Shown here piece by piece: positions 21,994 through 30,972 of a stretch of 64,000 nt of DNA. The notes beneath the pieces are model-generated. The model was not told the origin of the DNA, searched no databases, and worked only from the letters and a program-made list of their open reading frames with translations. Position 1 is the stretch's first letter, and every line of letters begins with the position of its first letter. Source of the stretch: Spirochaetia bacterium (GTDB taxonomy: Bacteria > Spirochaetota > Leptospiria > Leptospirales > Leptonemataceae); assembly GCA_021413825.1 (NCBI GenBank), contig JAIOPQ010000004.1, positions 441-64,440 on the forward strand, in the 5' to 3' direction. The position numbers were made by a program, and so were the translations under genes.

Positions 21994-22716
21994 CTACGTA
22001 TGATTTCTATTTTCTACAAAAAAACTTGCGGAGCGAACGAGTGAAAACTGACCCACCCAATAGAACGCCAGGGTAAACAATTCCGGAATCGGCATTTTGA
22101 AGATCGAAATGGCCCGAAGTGAATCCGAAATCAGGAGGGCTACAACCGCTATGGCCATCCAGACGGCTGATTTATCAGGCCCGGATTGCAACAAAGGTCT
22201 GAGGCCGAGGCCAATGAATAGGATCAAGACACCAGTATATACAATGGAAGGTAGACGCAGGAATCCGTACGGATCGAGCCAGAAGAACATCAAAATGGCG
22301 TATAACGTGACCAGACCAAATCCCAGGATTCCCCGAGCCCGGATTGGGCCACCACGAACAATGAAAGCAGCAGAATACGTCAGGTAGTACGCAGCAGTGC
22401 CTAGAGCTATGAAGCGTAGATGCCCTCCGAGCATCTGGAACACCTCAACAAACGCAGCAGCACATAAACCCGTTGCGATCAATATTGCAATGGTGCTGCG
22501 GCCGGTGAGCAGGACGCTTACGCACAGAATGACCAGGATTAGCGGTCTTAAATATAGATCCGGAAGCGTTGCTCCAATCCCAATCGCCACCAGATCGAGC
22601 AGAAGCAAGGCCAGAGAGATATTTACCAAGATGCCAGATCGTCGCATGTTGGACCATTTGAAGATACTTCGTAGAACTTGTCGAGCATCAAGCAAGTTCC
22701 TAAACGACGTCGTCAC
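21994..22716 (-). CDS. YhhN-family membrane protein (lysoplasmalogenase family)
   Basis: About 7 TM helices. The C-terminal LLISDSLRAISIF....FYWVGQFSLVRS resembles the YhhN signature (F.SD..(L/W)....F....YF.G..LI.S). The start could instead be the internal MRRSGILV (22647). Confidence 0.6.
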   Translation of the reverse strand: MTTSFRNLLDARQVLRSIFKWSNMRRSGILVNISLALLLLDLVAIGIGATLPDLYLRPLILVILCVSVLLTGRSTIAILIATGLCAAAFVEVFQMLGGHLRFIALGTAAYYLTYSAAFIVRGGPIRARGILGFGLVTLYAILMFFWLDPYGFLRLPSIVYTGVLILFIGLGLRPLLQSGPDKSAVWMAIAVVALLISDSLRAISIFKMPIPELFTLAFYWVGQFSLVRSASFFVENRNHT

Positions 22717-22722
22717 ATTCTC

Positions 22723-23337
22723 TTAACGGGCAATAATACCCGCAATAGCCCCGCGAATAGCTATGAAACAGGCGAGGAGCATGATAATGTAAAGGCCTGG
22801 AACTCGGATTGCAAACCACCACCACTTGGAGAGCTTCATGGCAGCCCAGGCTGTAAGCGCTGCGTGAAGCAGGAACCAGAAACCCATGTCGCGGGAGAGC
22901 GTGTGCATTGCCCTCAAGAAAACGATTCGTTTCGTGTCATCGGCCAGGACGGGACCCAGCGCCCCTTTCATGTATTTATCATACATCACTATAAGCAACG
23001 GCTTATCGAGTACAAAATAGAAGACCAAGAATACGGAGGCAAAAATCAACCCCAGCGCGGCTGGCTGCAATTTGAAATAAAGATCGTTATCTGTCTTAAG
23101 GGAGATTGCTACAGCAATTCCAACGAGTACAAAGCCGATGATAGTCAATTCATCGATTGCCCCATAGACCACCAGGGAAAACACGAGCTCCAGAAAGGCC
23201 AGGGCAATCGCCGATATGAGCGCCGTCTTCTTGCCGGAAACTGATTCGAGAATCACGAACACGAGGACCGGGACGATTCCTATCCAGAGAGTTGAGTATT
23301 CCACAGCAAAGAGCAAAAGCGGACCTGCGCCTGTCAA
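22723..23337 (-). CDS. inner-membrane protein, septation protein IspZ/YciB-like
   Basis: 204 aa with 5-6 TM helices. The layout ...DNDLYFKLQPAALGLIFASVFLVFYFVLDKPLL...LSRDMGFWFLLHAALTAWAA...WWWFAIRVPG parallels E. coli YciB (..DEFIKWKVTVIYALFAG....LNLAWAVFF...WVNFKVFG). Confidence 0.5.
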   Translation of the reverse strand: MTGAGPLLLFAVEYSTLWIGIVPVLVFVILESVSGKKTALISAIALAFLELVFSLVVYGAIDELTIIGFVLVGIAVAISLKTDNDLYFKLQPAALGLIFASVFLVFYFVLDKPLLIVMYDKYMKGALGPVLADDTKRIVFLRAMHTLSRDMGFWFLLHAALTAWAAMKLSKWWWFAIRVPGLYIIMLLACFIAIRGAIAGIIAR

Positions 23338-23391
23338 ATCATTGAGGCAGAATTACTTTACTAAAATCCACACAGGACAAAATCAGGAACC

Positions 23392-23664
23392 ATGAATAAA
23401 TCACAACTCTGGTCTGCCGCATTGGTTGGCCTGGTAATCGCTTCAACCAACTGCAAAGAAAGCAAACCTGCTCCGGAGAAAATTGCGGAAGGAAAATGCT
23501 ACGGCATCAACAGCTGCAAGGGCAAAGGAGAGTGTGCAACCAAAGAACACGGCTGCGCTGGGATGAACACCTGCAAGGGCAAAGCATGGATCAAGATGCT
23601 CGAATCCACGTGCAAAGAGAAAAATGGAACCTTTGAAGCTGTTCTAGACGGAAAATATATGTAA
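23392..23664 (+). CDS. DUF2282-like Cys-rich small lipoprotein (bufferin-precursor-like)
   Basis: 90 aa. Signal/lipobox LVIASTN-C. The core KCYGINSCKGKGECATKEHGCAGMNTCKGKAWIKMLESTCKEKNG matches the DUF2282 pattern (kCyG....g.NdC.....hsCaG......W.....gtC) with 6 post-signal Cys. Confidence 0.65.
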   Translation: MNKSQLWSAALVGLVIASTNCKESKPAPEKIAEGKCYGINSCKGKGECATKEHGCAGMNTCKGKAWIKMLESTCKEKNGTFEAVLDGKYM

Positions 23665-23670
23665 GATGCT

Positions 23671-23695
23671 TTGCGGTCAGCAGCGCTGACCGCAA
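23671..23695. terminator. 11-bp perfect hairpin at the convergent junction (possible bidirectional terminator)
   Basis: ttgcggtcagc-agc-gctgaccgcaa. It starts 7 nt after the DUF2282 stop and covers the last codons and stop of the CDF gene. There is no clear U-tract on either side. Confidence 0.35.
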
Positions 23696-24561
23696 ATCTG
23701 CCCGGCTCGATTTTCAATCTGCAGGGTTGCATGCGAAATTCTAAATCGATGAAACAATTCTTCATTCACATCGGGGAAAAATAGGGGCTCAGATGCGTCC
23801 GGCATAACAAGATGTGCTGTGAGGGCAGTCTCGTTTGTGCTCAGAGCCCAAACATGCAGATCATGCACATCGTCTACATTCTTGAGCGACGTTAAGTATG
23901 ATCGAACCTCTTGAAGGTTTACCTCCGATGGAACTCCATCAAGTGACAATCGAAGCGACTCCCTGAGTAACCCCCAGGCCCCATATAGAATTGCAAGGCT
24001 AACAAATATACTTACAAGGGGATCAAACCAGACCCAGCCAGTAAGCGAAATCACAATTCCTGCTGCAACTACGCCGCCAGAAATCGCAGCATCGGCAAGT
24101 AGGTGCATATATGCACTGCGCACATTCAGGTCGTGTTGCTTATCGCGCAGGAATAGAAGCGCGCTTCCGGTGTTTACCAGTATTCCAATCAGCGCAACTG
24201 CGGCGATTCCTTCGCCATGCACGGCAACGGGATTACGCAGCCTGGATACAGCCGCATAAGAAAGCGCACCAATAGCAAAGAACAAGGTAACAGAATTTAT
24301 CAAACTCGCGAGGATTGTGCTCTTCCGCAAGCCGTAGGTAAAATTGCCGCTTGGGCGACGACTGGCCAGGCCAACAGCGAGCAATCCAAGCACCAGACTC
24401 CCTACATCAGCTAGATTGTGTCCCGCATCGGTTAGGAGTGAAAGGGAATCCAGCCAGAAACCGGCTACAGCTTCACAAACCACGAAACCTGCATTGAGTA
24501 ATATACCCAGTTTGAACGCCCGGGTAACGGATTTAGGTGTATGGTCGTGACCAGCTCCCAT
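23677..24561 (-). CDS. cation diffusion facilitator (CzcD/ZitB-type) divalent-metal efflux transporter
   Basis: 294 aa with 6 TM helices. Metal-site motifs DAGHNLADVGSLVL (TM2) and HLLADAAISGGVV (TM5). C-terminal cytoplasmic domain VHDLHVWALS...LTAHLV. Confidence 0.9.
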   Translation of the reverse strand: MGAGHDHTPKSVTRAFKLGILLNAGFVVCEAVAGFWLDSLSLLTDAGHNLADVGSLVLGLLAVGLASRRPSGNFTYGLRKSTILASLINSVTLFFAIGALSYAAVSRLRNPVAVHGEGIAAVALIGILVNTGSALLFLRDKQHDLNVRSAYMHLLADAAISGGVVAAGIVISLTGWVWFDPLVSIFVSLAILYGAWGLLRESLRLSLDGVPSEVNLQEVRSYLTSLKNVDDVHDLHVWALSTNETALTAHLVMPDASEPLFFPDVNEELFHRFRISHATLQIENRAGQICGQRC

Positions 24562-24605
24562 CTTTAAAATGATCGGTACGCATGCCGACGCGTCATTCCT
24601 TTTTG

Positions 24606-26243
24606 CTAGTAACCGAGGAATTCTTCGCTCTTGATATCGTGATCAAAAACGCCTAACTGCAGGAGCATTTCCCGAATCGAGTGAACCATGCGCGAAGGTC
24701 CGGCAACGTAGTAAATTGGATGTTCATTTTCAGGTATGTTCTGCCTCAGAAGCACCTTGTCGATTCGGCCTGTTCCATACTTCCAGTCTGGATGCTCGCG
24801 CTCTGTGATGGTTGCGATCAACTTGAAGTTTGCTGATTCGCTGGCCCAGAGTTCAAGCTCATCTAGAAAGGCCGTTAATCCAGGGGTTCGATTTGAGTAA
24901 AAAAGATAAACCTTTTGCATGGGTCTTTCCGAGAGAATCCATTCAATCATTCCGCGGAACGGAGTGATTCCAATGCCACCAGCAATGAATACTGCAGGAA
25001 TCGTAGGATCTTCGTGCAGAGAAAATGTGCCGACTGCAGGGCTGATGAAAATCGGAGCGCCTTCTTGCAAGTTTGAAAGTGCCTGTTTGAAAGGAGTATT
25101 TCTGATACGACTCGCAACTATGATCGAATCTGAACGCAGTGGAGAGGAAGCGACGGAAAAAGTTCGTACGCTTTGACCTGGAACGTTCTCCATATCCGGC
25201 AGTGTAATGTCTACAAACTGCCCCGGAGTAAATGGGAAATCGTTAAGCGATGTATCAAACCAGAATGCCATCGTGTCGTCTGCAATCTTACTCTTATGAA
25301 GAAGGGGCAATTGATACAACTCCGTTGTGCGACCCACGCCAGGAGTGACGTCGTTGATTTCATATAATTTGTAGCGGCCAGACTTCCCTTTAAGCGGCAT
25401 GCTGAATATTCTGCCACGCGTGACTTGATCCCGCGTGAGTTTGTACACGTCTTCAGAAATCAGAAAGGAAGCACCGGCCTTCTTTGTTGCCGATTCAATT
25501 CTGCTTGCCATGTTAACCGTATCGCCAAGGACCGTGAGCTGCATTTTTTTGGGATGACCCAGCTCTCCGACAATCACATCACCGAAGTGAATTCCAATTC
25601 CAATTTTGAATTCAATCTGGAATGTCTTCTTCAAGTACTCGTTCACACGAATCAATTCATCCTGAATTGCACGACCTGCGCGTACTGCAGAGAGACAGGT
25701 TTCGCGCGGATCGTTTGAAGTTAATCCAAACACTGCCATGATTCCGTCGCCCATGTATTTATCGATGCTGCCACCGTTACGAAAGATTGCTTCTCCGATT
25801 GCGTGAAAATAACGGTTGAGAATGTGAACAACGTCGTACGGCAAATGGTTCTCTGAGAAGGGAGTAAAGCCACGAATATCGCTGAATAGAATCGCAAGAT
25901 CCATTTCACGCCCGGTTGTTCGAACTGAAGTTCCAACAATTTGCTGAACGTCCTCTGAATCGATCACAAGACGTCTGATCTTTACTGGGCCGGTCACATG
26001 TGCCTGGCAGGCCAGACGAATCTCTTCCGTAAACCCCTTGCGCTGCGCAAGCTGATGTTCTGCCGGAGTAATTGCAGTTAGATTAGTTCCACCTTCAAGG
26101 ACCAGTACGCGACACGTTGAACAGCGGCCATTTCCTCCACACACATGGGCATGCGGAATACCTGCCTGGAGTGCAATCTGCAGAAGGGTTTCTCCAGATT
26201 TAGTAGTTTCCACGTCTTTTTCGTTTGCAAACGTTACGCGCAT
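24606..26243 (-). CDS. 2Fe-2S ferredoxin domain / class III adenylate-guanylate cyclase / FNR-like FAD-NAD(P) reductase fusion protein
   Basis: N-terminal IPHAHVCGGNGRCSTCRVLVLEG...LACQAHV gives the Cys ligands. The CHD cyclase core is LAILFSDIRGFTPFSE...KYMGDGIMAVFG...IGIHFGDVIVGELG...TVLGDTVNMASRIES. The C-terminal reductase has RTFSVASSP (RxYS-type FAD motif), VFIAGGIGITPF (NAD(P) loop) and YYVAGPSRMV...EEFLGY. The start is set at ATG 26243 (MRVTFANE), 5 nt after the upstream stop. Confidence 0.85.
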   Translation of the reverse strand: MRVTFANEKDVETTKSGETLLQIALQAGIPHAHVCGGNGRCSTCRVLVLEGGTNLTAITPAEHQLAQRKGFTEEIRLACQAHVTGPVKIRRLVIDSEDVQQIVGTSVRTTGREMDLAILFSDIRGFTPFSENHLPYDVVHILNRYFHAIGEAIFRNGGSIDKYMGDGIMAVFGLTSNDPRETCLSAVRAGRAIQDELIRVNEYLKKTFQIEFKIGIGIHFGDVIVGELGHPKKMQLTVLGDTVNMASRIESATKKAGASFLISEDVYKLTRDQVTRGRIFSMPLKGKSGRYKLYEINDVTPGVGRTTELYQLPLLHKSKIADDTMAFWFDTSLNDFPFTPGQFVDITLPDMENVPGQSVRTFSVASSPLRSDSIIVASRIRNTPFKQALSNLQEGAPIFISPAVGTFSLHEDPTIPAVFIAGGIGITPFRGMIEWILSERPMQKVYLFYSNRTPGLTAFLDELELWASESANFKLIATITEREHPDWKYGTGRIDKVLLRQNIPENEHPIYYVAGPSRMVHSIREMLLQLGVFDHDIKSEEFLGY

Positions 26244-26247
26244 TCGA

Positions 26248-27201
26248 TCACTCCTGAAGCATCCAATCAAGTGCCATTTTTGAAGCTGAAAAATCCCTTG
26301 AAGTCCGACCCACTATCATCACTGGCAAATACTGCTTTCCGCCAGGCCATGTATGACCGCCACCTGTTACGGTTACAATTCCAACCCGGCCCCCTGGACA
26401 ATTCCAGATTTCTCGCTTCGCAGTGGTTTCGTCCTTCTGTGTATCTGGAAGGCTAGCAGACGTACTTTGTTCTGAACATCGATTTTTTTCACGCCAATAT
26501 TTTACGGAATTTTCTGCAGAGAGAACGTTGCCGCGTGTTTTTCTAAAGAGCTTAATTGGCCCGCCCACAAAAGGAACCAGCGGATCTTCCGTACCCAGAA
26601 TGAAGAGTACGGATCTGGGGCCCGATGGATTGCAGTTCAAGGTGTAATCTTCCGGGAAGTTTGCCGCAATGCTTACGGCCCTCTGGAAACGGTCGCTGTC
26701 GCAGACCGCACGTTGCGACATCATTCCGCCATTTGAAATTCCCATAATATAAGTCGCAGTTCTGGGAATGGAATATTCCGCGCCCAGCTTGTCAGCCAGG
26801 GCGTTCAGGAAGGCAACATCGTTTATATTCTCTTTGTGCGCGGTTGAAATGGGATCAAGCCTACCATCGTTCCAAGATTCATCCACACCCTGCGGGAAGA
26901 CTAGAAACAGGTTCAGGCTGTCAGCAATGGAGAAAATATCGGGAGCCAGTTTGGCGAATCGGTCCGCATGCCCTCCTCCGCCGTGAAGGACAAAGATCAT
27001 TCCTCGAAATCGCTGCGCCATGCCCTGGGAGGTGAGTGATGCTGCTGGCGCATAAACCAGGTAGGCCCGGGTACGCCCGTCAACTTCGATCTTACCTTGT
27101 GCGGCGTTACCCTTACCCGGAATGCTTCGACATGCAAGCAAGCCTAATAGAAAAAAGAGCAAGGCCAGCGCAATGGACAATCCGGCATGTCTCTTTACCA
27201 T
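26248..27201 (-). CDS. secreted esterase, PHB-depolymerase (LpqC/COG3509-like) family lipoprotein
   Basis: Lipobox LLGLLAC. VLHGGGGHADRFAKL, WNDGR, nucleophile elbow MGISNGGMMS, and GGGHTWPGG near the C-terminus. Confidence 0.7.
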   Translation of the reverse strand: MVKRHAGLSIALALLFFLLGLLACRSIPGKGNAAQGKIEVDGRTRAYLVYAPAASLTSQGMAQRFRGMIFVLHGGGGHADRFAKLAPDIFSIADSLNLFLVFPQGVDESWNDGRLDPISTAHKENINDVAFLNALADKLGAEYSIPRTATYIMGISNGGMMSQRAVCDSDRFQRAVSIAANFPEDYTLNCNPSGPRSVLFILGTEDPLVPFVGGPIKLFRKTRGNVLSAENSVKYWREKNRCSEQSTSASLPDTQKDETTAKREIWNCPGGRVGIVTVTGGGHTWPGGKQYLPVMIVGRTSRDFSASKMALDWMLQE

Positions 27202-29414
27202 ACCGGCTTAACAAATAGTTTCATTTCTTCCGTGTCCAGCCTTTCCAGATCTACGTTCCATACTTCGCCCAGAAAAGCTGGTCGGCTCAGTTTCTTGATA
27301 AATACGGAAAAGGGGTCAGGCAGCACAAGTTCAGAATCGTTTGTAAGATGATTAGCCGTCACAATACATTCAACGTTGAAATCGAGCATTTCAAGAAATA
27401 CGCGATCCGTTTTGAATCCAGTGATGAATGCTTTGAACTTGGTCTGACCGCTCTTTTGAATCGAACGGAGCATTTTGAGTTTCCAGATATCGCGCTCAGC
27501 ATCCATAGCTTTGCGTTCCATTTCGCTCGTATGAAGCCCAAGTTCGTCTATGTCTTCCTTTTTGTAGACAGACTTCTTCTTCTTCAGAATGGATTCCAGG
27601 GCCCGGTGCACTACCAGGTCCGGATAGCGACGAATCGGTGATGTGAAATGACAGTAATCCTCAAAGCCAAGGCCGTAATGTCCAAGCGGTTCGCCTGCGT
27701 ACTTTGCCTGCATGAACGATCGCAGTAGCAGCATCTGAAAAATTCGTTCCGGTGATACGCCTTCTAGTTTGCCGCGTGAACCTTTCTGCGTCGATTTTCC
27801 CTTTTCAGCAAACTCCTTAACCTTGAGCAATGCCTGGTTTATGGAGCGCGGTTCTGTATCTCGGAGCTTCATGTCAATTCCGCCAATCTTCATGAAATGA
27901 TTGAGTGATTCGAGTTTGCGTTCTTCCATACTTTCATGCACGCGATAAAGAGTTTGGGCACTCTTCTTTCTTTGAAATTCCGCAGTACAGATGTTCGCAG
28001 AGAGCATGCACTCTTCAATCAGCATGCTGGATTTCAACCTCTGGCGATATGTAACCTCAGTGACCTCACCTTTGTCGTTGTATTTGATTTTGGGTTCACG
28101 CAAGTCCAGATCGATTCGACCTGATTTGAGCCTGGCTGTCTTCTGCAGTTGGGCGATCTTCCAGATTTCCGCCAAGTCTGAACCTTTCTTTTCAAGTTCC
28201 GTTTCCGCAATTTCGTACGTTAGCCGACGACTTACGCGAATTACTGATTTGTAGATCTCATATCTGAGAATCTCTCCGGTTTCTGGTTTGATGTCCATCT
28301 CTGCCGTGAAAGCCAGGCGGTTTCGATCGGCAACGAGGGAGCACAAGTTCTCTGACAAAACTGGTGGAAGCATGGGCACTACTCGATTTGCCAGGTACAC
28401 AGACGTAGCCCTGCGTTGTGCTTCATGATCAAGCTCCGTGCCCGGGAGAACGTAGTGCGAAACATCAGCAATGTGTACGTAGAGTTTCCAGAGCTTATTG
28501 CTTACACGCTCGAGACTAATTGCATCATCGAAATCCTTGGAATCCGGTCCATCGATGGTAACGCTTTCCAATTTTCTTAAGTCTTTGCGGCTCTTCCAGT
28601 CCGCCACAGACTCAGGTTGAACCTCTGTCCGCTCGGATTCGTATTCAGGTACACCGTCAATGTGCGGATATACAGGATTCAGGTTGTACTTCATCAGAAT
28701 CCGCGAGTAGTCTGAGTCCATATCACTGTCTTTTTCAAAGCGAACAAAATCTGCTTCAAGAAGCGGCAGACCCAGATGCATAATGTTCCGGCCCGTTAAT
28801 CGCACGATTACGACTACATCCTGTTTCATTCGCTTTGTTAGATCGGCTGACATGCGAGAAACTGTCATGCCCGCGGAAATGCGTGTACTGGCATCGAGCA
28901 GAATTCCAGGAGCTACACGGTGAACTGGTTCACTGAGTAATTTAAGCCTGAAGAGTTCGCGCGCTTTGTTTCTAATTTCTACGACAGTTCCTTCGAAGCG
29001 ATCCCGTGATTTATCCGTAAGCCGCACCAGTATTTCATCACCGGTTAGAGCATTCATGCTTCGCGCTGCCGCAATAAAGAGATCCCTGGCCGCAGGGTCT
29101 GCGCCGCGGACTGCCGCGAATACAGCACCTGAAGGGCTAACGGACGCGCGTGCAACCGCAAGGAAGGGATCACGGGGTATCACCTTGCTTCCGTCGTATT
29201 CGACCATGTTCAAGAGCTTTAACTCCGCGAGGAGGACTTCAACGTCACTATGGTCCGGTGAATATTTCATTCCGCGAAAGCGATTGAAGTGGCTTAGTTT
29301 GCCGCTGATGCGTCGCGATGGTAGTGTACTGAATTTCTTTCCAAGTTCTTTGCGAACCAGCTTTTTGCCAGGGTTCTGTTCCAAAAAACGAAAGAGTCTA
29401 GATGCTGTGCTCAA
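27195..29414 (-). CDS. rnr: ribonuclease R
   Basis: 739 aa. RNB catalytic domain (VTIDGPDSKDFDDAISLE, SVYLANRVVPMLP, HYGLGFEDYCHFTSPIRRYPDLVVHR) and a C-terminal S1-like domain. Confidence 0.92.
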   Translation of the reverse strand: MSTASRLFRFLEQNPGKKLVRKELGKKFSTLPSRRISGKLSHFNRFRGMKYSPDHSDVEVLLAELKLLNMVEYDGSKVIPRDPFLAVARASVSPSGAVFAAVRGADPAARDLFIAAARSMNALTGDEILVRLTDKSRDRFEGTVVEIRNKARELFRLKLLSEPVHRVAPGILLDASTRISAGMTVSRMSADLTKRMKQDVVVIVRLTGRNIMHLGLPLLEADFVRFEKDSDMDSDYSRILMKYNLNPVYPHIDGVPEYESERTEVQPESVADWKSRKDLRKLESVTIDGPDSKDFDDAISLERVSNKLWKLYVHIADVSHYVLPGTELDHEAQRRATSVYLANRVVPMLPPVLSENLCSLVADRNRLAFTAEMDIKPETGEILRYEIYKSVIRVSRRLTYEIAETELEKKGSDLAEIWKIAQLQKTARLKSGRIDLDLREPKIKYNDKGEVTEVTYRQRLKSSMLIEECMLSANICTAEFQRKKSAQTLYRVHESMEERKLESLNHFMKIGGIDMKLRDTEPRSINQALLKVKEFAEKGKSTQKGSRGKLEGVSPERIFQMLLLRSFMQAKYAGEPLGHYGLGFEDYCHFTSPIRRYPDLVVHRALESILKKKKSVYKKEDIDELGLHTSEMERKAMDAERDIWKLKMLRSIQKSGQTKFKAFITGFKTDRVFLEMLDFNVECIVTANHLTNDSELVLPDPFSVFIKKLSRPAFLGEVWNVDLERLDTEEMKLFVKPVW

Positions 29415-30082
29415 ATTCTTTTAATTCCTTCCGGATGTTTTTGTTCTGCCGGATTTTTTCTGTGATAGTGTGGCAGGAGATCGGCCCATGTCCGCTCCTG
29501 CAAGTTAAGCGCCATTGCTGCGTCAAACAGTGCTCGCGCTTCGGGTTCTGGAACTGGTCTCGGTTCCAGGTTTGCTATAGTTAGCTTCGTGGGGTCGTTG
29601 CAATAGACATGCTGGATCTGATTGTTGGTTAACTCTTGTTCGATTTCAGTCCAGGTCAGATCAAGTGTTTCCGCAGCTTCTATCGAATCGATGCCACGGC
29701 CTGTGACAAACTTAGTATAGAATCGTTTCTGTTTTCCGTCGATACAAATTGCGAATGGTTCTGATTGAGTCATGCGAATCTGAAACCCGTAGAAAGAGAG
29801 GCTATTGATGCCAATCACTGGAATATCCCAGAGCTGCGCCAGGTTTCTGGCTGCACTAACACCTATGCGAATTCCGGTAAACGATCCAGGACCTATGGCC
29901 GAAACGATCGCGTCTGGTTTCTTAATTCCGGCCTTTGCTAGTGCTAGTTGAATTTCCGGGATAATCAATTGAAACGATTCGCGCAGTGCGAAACGCGTCC
30001 GACTGGATTCCGTGCCTGTTCCAAAAATGCCGACAACGATATGCGAGTTGCTGGCATCAAAGACCAGGTACGATTTGTTCAC
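29411..30082 (-). CDS. tsaB: tRNA t6A37 threonylcarbamoyltransferase complex dimerisation subunit TsaB
   Basis: LVFDASNSHIVVGI...AIGPGSFTGIRIGVSAARNLAQLWDIPVIGINSL. There is a 4-nt ATGA overlap with rnr. Confidence 0.88.
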   Translation of the reverse strand: MNKSYLVFDASNSHIVVGIFGTGTESSRTRFALRESFQLIIPEIQLALAKAGIKKPDAIVSAIGPGSFTGIRIGVSAARNLAQLWDIPVIGINSLSFYGFQIRMTQSEPFAICIDGKQKRFYTKFVTGRGIDSIEAAETLDLTWTEIEQELTNNQIQHVYCNDPTKLTIANLEPRPVPEPEARALFDAAMALNLQERTWADLLPHYHRKNPAEQKHPEGIKRI

Positions 30083-30545
30083 TCCTTGTATAAATCTCTA
30101 TCCGCCTTCTGTTGTCATCTCTTTCATCAACACTCATTCTGACCGTATACACGGGAATATCCGGCGGCAGGAAGGGTAAAGCACGCTCCCCCCATTCGAT
30201 TGCATGGACAGTTGTGTTGGCATCACCCTGGCTCCATTCCTCCGCAAATCCCAGGCTGTCCAGTTCATCAGAATTTGTAAGCCTGTACAGATCGTAGTGA
30301 TGCAGAGTTCCTCGCTTTCCCTGGTAACGATTGTGCAAATTGAAGGTTGGACTGTTAATCGTTTCTTCTATCTGCATGACCTTGCCAAATCCGCGACAAA
30401 AAGTGGTTTTCCCTGCCCCTGGCTCACCGAGCAAAAGTAAAATGCTAATCGGATTATGTCTGATTTGTTCGAACAAGTCTGCGCATACCTGCATGGAGGT
30501 ATGCGGCGAAATGGTTTCAGTCAAAGAAAGCAAAGTCTCAGTCAC
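30057..30545 (-). CDS. tsaE: tRNA t6A37 threonylcarbamoyltransferase complex ATPase subunit TsaE
   Basis: Walker A LLLGEPGAGKTTFCRGF, then INSPTFNLHNRY and HHYDLYRL, typical of YjeE/TsaE. Confidence 0.88.
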   Translation of the reverse strand: MTETLLSLTETISPHTSMQVCADLFEQIRHNPISILLLLGEPGAGKTTFCRGFGKVMQIEETINSPTFNLHNRYQGKRGTLHHYDLYRLTNSDELDSLGFAEEWSQGDANTTVHAIEWGERALPFLPPDIPVYTVRMSVDERDDNRRRIEIYTRSEQIVPGL

Positions 30546-30822
30546 GCCATGGCCTGCGCCGCATATTCATTTGCACTTCTGTGTCATCGGGATCCTTACC
30601 CGAAGCATTTCTATAGACAACCATCCCGGCGCCCCAGAAGGAAATCAGAACGATAACCGTGAAGATTCCAATCCATTTCAGTAGAAACTCGCCGGTGATT
30701 ATTTCTGGAACAGCCATTAGCCCCGGATTAACCCGCTCCAGGACATCGCGAGCAACGCCGCTAAAAATCATGAAAAAAGCTGAGAATACAATCGTATATA
30801 AAATACGGCGAACCCATATCAT
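30538..30822 (-). CDS. small membrane protein (2 TM)
   Basis: The internal ATG 30822 gives MIWVRRILYTIVFSAFFMIFSG...WIGIFTVIVLISFWGAG. The longer tracked ORF (to 30954) would run into the divergent gene region. There is an 8-nt overlap with tsaE. Confidence 0.5.
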   Translation of the reverse strand: MIWVRRILYTIVFSAFFMIFSGVARDVLERVNPGLMAVPEIITGEFLLKWIGIFTVIVLISFWGAGMVVYRNASGKDPDDTEVQMNMRRRPWRD

Positions 30823-30972
30823 AGATTCCAGTTCAGTATTTGGCAGTCGTATAACAAGAGAAAAGTCGGTGAGTTTGTGTCGTAAAAAGTATTTTTTGTG
30901 GAAAAAATGAGGCCGCAAGTGTTGTACTGTGGACAAGACCGGGCGTCTGATCAATCGTTGGGAAAGGGAAAC

